From Ignavibacteriota bacterium (GTDB taxonomy: Bacteria > Bacteroidota > Ignavibacteria > UBA10030), in assembly GCA_963701295.1 (NCBI GenBank), contig OY969585.1:544001-608000 (forward strand): a DNA stretch of 64,000 bases. The letters run 5' to 3'. Within the stretch, counting starts at the first letter, position 1. Each line of letters opens with the position of its first letter. Shown here one piece after another: positions 58,596 through 64,000 of the stretch. The notes under the pieces were generated by a model. That model made no database searches, was not told the origin of the DNA, and saw only the letters and a program-made list of their open reading frames with translations. Position numbers and translations under genes: made by a program.

Positions 58596-60533
58596 TTACT
58601 TGATCAGCACAATACGCTGAGTCTTCGCATAACTGCCGGCATTCATCTTCACAAAATACACACCGCTGGTGTAATTTGCCGCATTAAACGTAACTTGATA
58701 AGAACCGGCTTGCTTCTTTTCATTCACCAACGTTGCAACTTCTTTTCCCAGAATATCGTACACTTTAATCTGGACTTGAGATTCGTTTTGCACGTCGTAT
58801 TTGATGTTTGTAGTCGGATTGAACGGATTCGGATAGTTTGCATAAAGCTGAAATTTCTTTACAGTGGCATTCTTATCTGATGTAACGCCAGTGGTTACAC
58901 CCAGTTCTTGCCCAAACCAGTCACCTGTAAAAACCAAATTATCGATCTCGATATTTTGCGAAACTGTTGTATCGAATGGATAATATATTTCTAAACCAAC
59001 CTGATGCTTTTTCGTTGGATTGAATTTACCTTTTGCCGCCAACACGTCAAGACTATCAATTTTCATCGTTGTCCAAAAACCGGGGTTCAATTGTGAACCG
59101 ATCGTATCGATCACAGCTACACTATCTCCCTTTCCAGCCGATAGATAAAATTTCACCAATCCTTTTTTCGGCATTTTAAGGGGGACATACACTTCTAGAG
59201 AAGCAGATATTACTACAGAATCCGCTGCATCTTTCATTGGAACAGAATCGCGTACTGCCTCAAATATAGTACTTTTACCAGTAATAGCCAGCGTGCCTTG
59301 CAACACGTAACCTGGATTGTTGGTTGAAACATCAAGATACCGCTTGACTGAACCTGTTGCGTTACTCGGAACATAAAAAGCGTTAGCATTTAATGTAAAA
59401 GATGCCGCGTTCCAAGAAGGAATTCCCTTTGATATGACTACGGAGTCGAGCAACTCCATCCTACTCATATAAACAGTAAAGTTGGAATCAACTTTTCTTC
59501 CACCCACCATAAGACCCGCCCAACCAAAACCATTACTTTGCGTATTGAATGTTGTTATATCGACAACATCGGCCGCACCAATGTCAAAATACAATGGATA
59601 CCATACCCTTTTCGGTATATTCTTGCCATAATAAGCTGCCGGATAATAAGGCGCCGGATCTGCCCAATGAGATCTATCCTGAGCATATGGAAATACTTGA
59701 GCACTATCGGCAAAAGTTGAATCAACCCATACCCAAGCGACCATTTGCGTCGCATATTGATATTGGGCAACGGTAGCAATCTGACTGGAGGTTCCAGCAA
59801 GGGCATTACCCGTAGCCGCAGAACCATTTTTTAATGTTAAAGCCAACGCTCCGGCACCACCGATACTTGACACGTGATAGAGAGAATCTGTCCAGCCATT
59901 CGTCCAACCAATACCAATGTTGTTATTGCTGGCACTGAAGTCTTCTAGAACCTTCGGCTGAGCTCCTACCAACGAAACATTATCAACGTAAATAACGCCT
60001 TTCCAACTTTTCAGCGAGTCTTTGCTATTGTCAAATTGTATACCAAAATCTCCGATCCCCTTGCTAAGATCGTGGCCGGTAGGATCGGCAACAGAAATCT
60101 GTTTGAAAAAAATACTCAAGGGGAACCATTTATTTTTAGGCATACTTTGAACATAATTATCTACTGCCGTCCATGCCCAACCATTGCTTGGCTGCCACCA
60201 TAACTGCAGGTTGATATTGGGTGTAGCTGTATCAGGAATAAAAACCCAGAAAGTTATAACCTGAGCATTGCCCAATAGACTCGCGCTCAAGTAATTTTGG
60301 TTAACTGGTCGAATGGCGTTGTGCGCCGAAAGTCCGCTTGTATTATTGATAGCAAGAGCCATAACACCATGGCCATTGAATGTCGTTTGATAAATGCTAT
60401 CTGAGAGCGTACCCCATTTGGCATCTTTAAAAATACCGAGACTACCCGCCTTTTCAAAACCTTCAAGCACTTGCGCGCTTGCAAAATTACCCAGGAAAAG
60501 TAATACTGCAACAACCAGTAATGACTTTTTCAT
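58596..60533 (-). CDS. T9SS-secreted protein with tandem CBM-like modules
   Basis: Repeated VLExF...WV...PKxxW(F/Y)PL modules; ANYPNPFNPTT tail; no catalytic motif seen. Confidence 0.75.
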   Translation of the reverse strand: MKKSLLVVAVLLFLGNFASAQVLEGFEKAGSLGIFKDAKWGTLSDSIYQTTFNGHGVMALAINNTSGLSAHNAIRPVNQNYLSASLLGNAQVITFWVFIPDTATPNINLQLWWQPSNGWAWTAVDNYVQSMPKNKWFPLSIFFKQISVADPTGHDLSKGIGDFGIQFDNSKDSLKSWKGVIYVDNVSLVGAQPKVLEDFSASNNNIGIGWTNGWTDSLYHVSSIGGAGALALTLKNGSAATGNALAGTSSQIATVAQYQYATQMVAWVWVDSTFADSAQVFPYAQDRSHWADPAPYYPAAYYGKNIPKRVWYPLYFDIGAADVVDITTFNTQSNGFGWAGLMVGGRKVDSNFTVYMSRMELLDSVVISKGIPSWNAASFTLNANAFYVPSNATGSVKRYLDVSTNNPGYVLQGTLAITGKSTIFEAVRDSVPMKDAADSVVISASLEVYVPLKMPKKGLVKFYLSAGKGDSVAVIDTIGSQLNPGFWTTMKIDSLDVLAAKGKFNPTKKHQVGLEIYYPFDTTVSQNIEIDNLVFTGDWFGQELGVTTGVTSDKNATVKKFQLYANYPNPFNPTTNIKYDVQNESQVQIKVYDILGKEVATLVNEKKQAGSYQVTFNAANYTSGVYFVKMNAGSYAKTQRIVLIK

Positions 60534-61030
60534 AACTACCTCCGAGATGGTTTTTTGAATTGTTGATTTGGTTTTTCTATTTGTAACAAAATTAATTAGT
60601 GCGAAATGTATACTCATAGTTAAGATAAAAAATCAATTAGCTGTAAATTGTTTTTTTTGTTCAAAACTCTTCAGATAAATATATTATCCAGTATATTGAA
60701 GGTTCAAGCCAATATGAACGCACCCCTGTAAGAAGAATCTGTACAATTATTCTTTCTTACTTTTGCCTAAAACTTACAATTTACCGTCGCAATAGTCAAT
60801 AGATAGATCTTTATGCAGGAAATATACTTGTATATCTTACACACACATGATGCCACCTTTTATTTAGATACAAGAAATAAAATTCGTTAATACACGCCAT
60901 AAATCAATGTATATAAGGTAATCTTTATATATCATTTTAATAAGTATATATTATTATGATAATGCATGATTCGTATAGATTTCAATTCTATTGCCAGTTA
61001 TGATACTTTCATATTTCAAGAAGAGTTTCC

Positions 61031-62223
61031 TTATTTGCTCAGAATCATCTTCTGTGTATAAATGAAATTGCCAGCGTGGAGTCTGCCAGAATACACACCT
61101 GATGGATACCCAGATGCTTCCCATTTCGTCCAATATTTTCCCGCTGGTAGTTCTTCATTCACCAGCACTGCCAGTTCTCGACCGAGAAGGTCAAATACTT
61201 TGAGACTTACCAGGCTTTTCACTGCCAGCTGATATCCGATCGATGTACTAGGATTAAAAGGATTGGGATAATTTTGAAACAATTTATAATTCTTTGGAAG
61301 ATTCTGTCCGTGATTTTCTTGCACATCCGTTGTGGTCAATCGAATTCTATAAAGCGATGACCCAGCTGTGATATAGAGAGTCCTTCTATCCGCATCTCCC
61401 CATGCACAATTCGAAGGAGTGACAGGGCTAATACTGATTTTTCCGATACCCGTACCGATCGGCAATACAATCCATACTCCGCCTGGACCTGTGCACTAGA
61501 TGTTGCCGGCGGTATCCATTTTCATCCCGTCTGCATATCCGCTAACAGGGATCTTGTAAAATAGCCGTTTATTGGCAAGTGTGGAATCATTCACAACATC
61601 CCAAACATAAATGCTGTCCTGAGCGGATTCATCAACATATAATTTCTTCTCATCCAAAGAAAAGCAAATTCCATTCGGTTTGTTCAACGTGTTATCTAAT
61701 AGTATTATTGAACCGGAAGGGCTTATTCTATAATTACCATGAAATGTAAGTTCTTTATTCTGAGGACCGCCAGGGATATTGAAATCGGGATCCGTAAAAA
61801 ATATAGAGCCGTCAGATTTTTTTTACCACTAGATCATTCGGACTGTTGAATTTTTTGCCGTTGTATGTTGATGCAAGAGGTGTAATTGTTCCATTTAATT
61901 CTTGTCTTGCGACGCGACATTTTCCCATCTAAGTGAGCACCAGACGCCCCTGTAAATCCATTAGACCTATCGGAGGTATTGAGATAAGGAGTGAGCGTGC
62001 TATCAACCGGCGACCATCGATAGATCTTATTACCTTGAATATCGCTGAATAAAAATTCCTAAGCTGTCAACCACACAGGCCCTTCGGGCTGTAAAAATCC
62101 CGTAGCCAACTCTTCCAATTTCGCACCAGCAGGAACCGGTGATCGTGCAAAAAAATTTGTGATGGAAAAGAATACCAAGGCTACAAAAAACATATTGATA
62201 CGAATAGATTTGAGATCTTTCAA
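61031..62223 (-). pseudogene. SMP-30/gluconolactonase with T9SS tail, multiply frameshifted
   Basis: Fragments PEGPVW, FNSPNDL, PNGICFS, DGMKMD, SNCAWGDAD, QNYPNPFNP in different frames. Confidence 0.8.
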
Positions 62224-62243
62224 TCTTATCTCCAGAGAAAGAA

Positions 62244-63260
62244 TTATGCTATAGTCTTAATTAGAATATTTTCAATTGCCTTAAGTTCTTGCGTAGAAAA
62301 CGCAGTATTCTTAAGTGTTCCCACTGCATCGTCAATTTGAGAAACGCGGCTAGCTCCGATGAGTACCGAGGTCATTTCGGGATGACGCAAGACCCAAGCA
62401 AGCGCCATCTGTGCCATGGACTGTCCGCGTTGCTGGGCTATTGCATTTAAACGCTTCACCTTAGAAATTGTATCTGCTGTTACTTCCTCGGGTTTGAGAA
62501 AACCATGAGGCTTTGCCGCTCGGGAATCTGAAGGAATTCCTTTAAGATATTTATTCGTCAGCAGTCCCTGCGCTAAAGGAGAAAATGCGATACATCCAAT
62601 TCCCTCTTTGTTTAACACACGCAGCAATCCTTTTTCAATCCAACGATTGAACATGCTATATTTCGGCTGATGAATAATACAAGGAGTGCCAAGCGACTTC
62701 AGGATCTTCGATGCTTTCAACGCAAGCTCCGGTGAATAATTAGAAATTCCAACATATAATGCTTTGCCGCAACGCACAATTTGGTCTAAAGCTTGCATCG
62801 TTTCTTCCAACGGTGTTTCAGGATCCGGTCGATGGTGATAAAAAATATCGACGTATTCCAATCTCATTCTGCACAAACTTTGATTCAAGCTCGAAACTAA
62901 ATACTTACGCGATCCCCAATCACCATACGGTCCTGACCACATCTGATAACCCGCTTTCGATGAAATAATGAGTTCATCTCGATACGAAGAGAAATCCTTC
63001 TTCAAAATTTTCCCGAAGTTTTCTTCAGCAGATCCCGATGGAGGACCGTAATTATTCGCCAGGTCGAAGTGTGTGATACCGAGATCAAACGCACGCCGCA
63101 CCATGGTACGTGCATTTTTGAAACTGTCCACCGCACCAAAATTATGCCATAAGCCTAATGAGACAGCCGGTAATTGAAGCCCGCTCTGCCCGCAGTGGTT
63201 ATATTTCATCGATTCATAGCGTTTCGTTTGGGGTAAATATGATTGCATTTTCCGCTCCAC
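62244..63260 (-). CDS. gpr: Aldo/keto reductase, L-glyceraldehyde 3-phosphate reductase type
   Basis: SLGLWHNFG, FDLANNYGPP, SKAGY, FSPLAQGLLT. Confidence 0.9.
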   Translation of the reverse strand: MERKMQSYLPQTKRYESMKYNHCGQSGLQLPAVSLGLWHNFGAVDSFKNARTMVRRAFDLGITHFDLANNYGPPSGSAEENFGKILKKDFSSYRDELIISSKAGYQMWSGPYGDWGSRKYLVSSLNQSLCRMRLEYVDIFYHHRPDPETPLEETMQALDQIVRCGKALYVGISNYSPELALKASKILKSLGTPCIIHQPKYSMFNRWIEKGLLRVLNKEGIGCIAFSPLAQGLLTNKYLKGIPSDSRAAKPHGFLKPEEVTADTISKVKRLNAIAQQRGQSMAQMALAWVLRHPEMTSVLIGASRVSQIDDAVGTLKNTAFSTQELKAIENILIKTIA

Positions 63261-63684
63261 TCTTTAAAAAATAGTGACTACAAACCATGGCCCGTACTGT
63301 CAATTTCACTATTCTCTCATTCAAGAATAGATATCTCTAGAACACAGCATACGGTTTCTTTCATGAATTCTTTCTGAAGAAGTATAGGAGAATTCTCGCT
63401 CGAAAACAATAGAGAAAATTTTCATCAAAAAAACCATCCCGCAAAAAAAATATTTCATGGCCCTTCCATGAAAAAGAGCATAAAACCTCATTGGTAATTA
63501 TCAATTCCATAAAACATTATTAACTCAATAAATCAAGGATGAGGAGAGTGGGAAGATACCATAGGCATATGCTTGAATGTTTATGGCATTCTTTATGTTA
63601 AGATTCGGGCAAATATCTCACAAATGAAAATCTGCAACAAAAAATTTACTATATTTTTGAAGAGCACTAACAAAGGGAATTGCA

Positions 63685-64000
63685 ATGTTAAAAACAGAGT
63701 TTGATAAAAAGGTACAGCTGTTAATAAAAGACCATGAGTCCTTTCTTTCAACAAAGAATATAAAAATTGAAAAAGGAAATGGCATCTATCAGCGCTATGC
63801 CAATCCGGTTGTAACGGCTGAACATACGCCTCTCTTTTGGCGATACGATCTAAATTATGAAACGAATCCATATTTGATGGAGCGTATCGGAGTTAACGCT
63901 GCATTTAACTCTGGTGCAATAGAACATAATGGAAAAATTTTGTTGGTGGTTCGTGTCGAAGGAACAGATCGAAAATCCTTTTTTGCCATTGCGGAATCTC
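63685..64000 (+). CDS. GH130 4-O-beta-mannosyl-glucose phosphorylase, 5' part (runs off window; not in ORF track)
   Basis: Hand translation ...[49 protein letters not shown]...[17 protein letters not shown]. Confidence 0.88.
   Translation, partial: MLKTEFDKKVQLLIKDHESFLSTKNIKIEKGNGIYQRYANPVVTAEHTPLFWRYDLNYETNPYLMERIGVNAAFNSGAIEHNGKILLVVRVEGTDRKSFFAIAES

Noticed and set aside
147-63871. Numerous short antisense or nested ORFs in the track (e.g. 5430..5777, 21185..21694, 54114..54761, 63593..63871)
   Set aside because: They shadow well-supported genes on the other strand or frame and show no motifs
1-64000. CRISPR array, rRNA or complete tRNA
   Set aside because: No regularly spaced repeat-spacer array or rRNA-like sequence seen; the only tRNA-like element lacks its 5' half

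Overview
Bacterial window, probably Ignavibacteria/Bacteroidota (T9SS 'QNYPNPFNP' tails, TonB receptor), in two parts. (1) About 1-38,117 looks like the right arm of a genomic island ending at a 3' fragment of tRNA-Glu(TTC) at 38,072-38,117. It contains an integron-integrase C-terminal relic, attC-like sites, IS3 relics and an AbiE antitoxin with a truncated toxin. It also carries a co-oriented candidate immune cluster: AAA+/RyR protein, TIR-propeller protein, SLOG-SLATT membrane protein and DUF4062-NACHT-WD40 NLR-like protein, followed by Zn-ribbon, FHA-relic and receiver-like genes. Further right are a MerR/octaheme cytochrome/cytochrome b/YeeE/rhodanese sulfur module, a LytS/LytTR-ABC module between two DUF6132 pseudogene copies, and ECF sigma, metal and anion transport genes. 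(2) From 38.2 kb on is a beta-mannan/glucomannan utilisation locus: SBP-kinase-sigma54 regulator, GH9, esterase, epimerase-GH26 fusion, GH5, TonB receptor with T9SS partners and no SusD, and GH130. Many genes carry single-base +1 frameshifts that are probably sequencing errors. All family calls come from motif recognition by eye; no database search was run.
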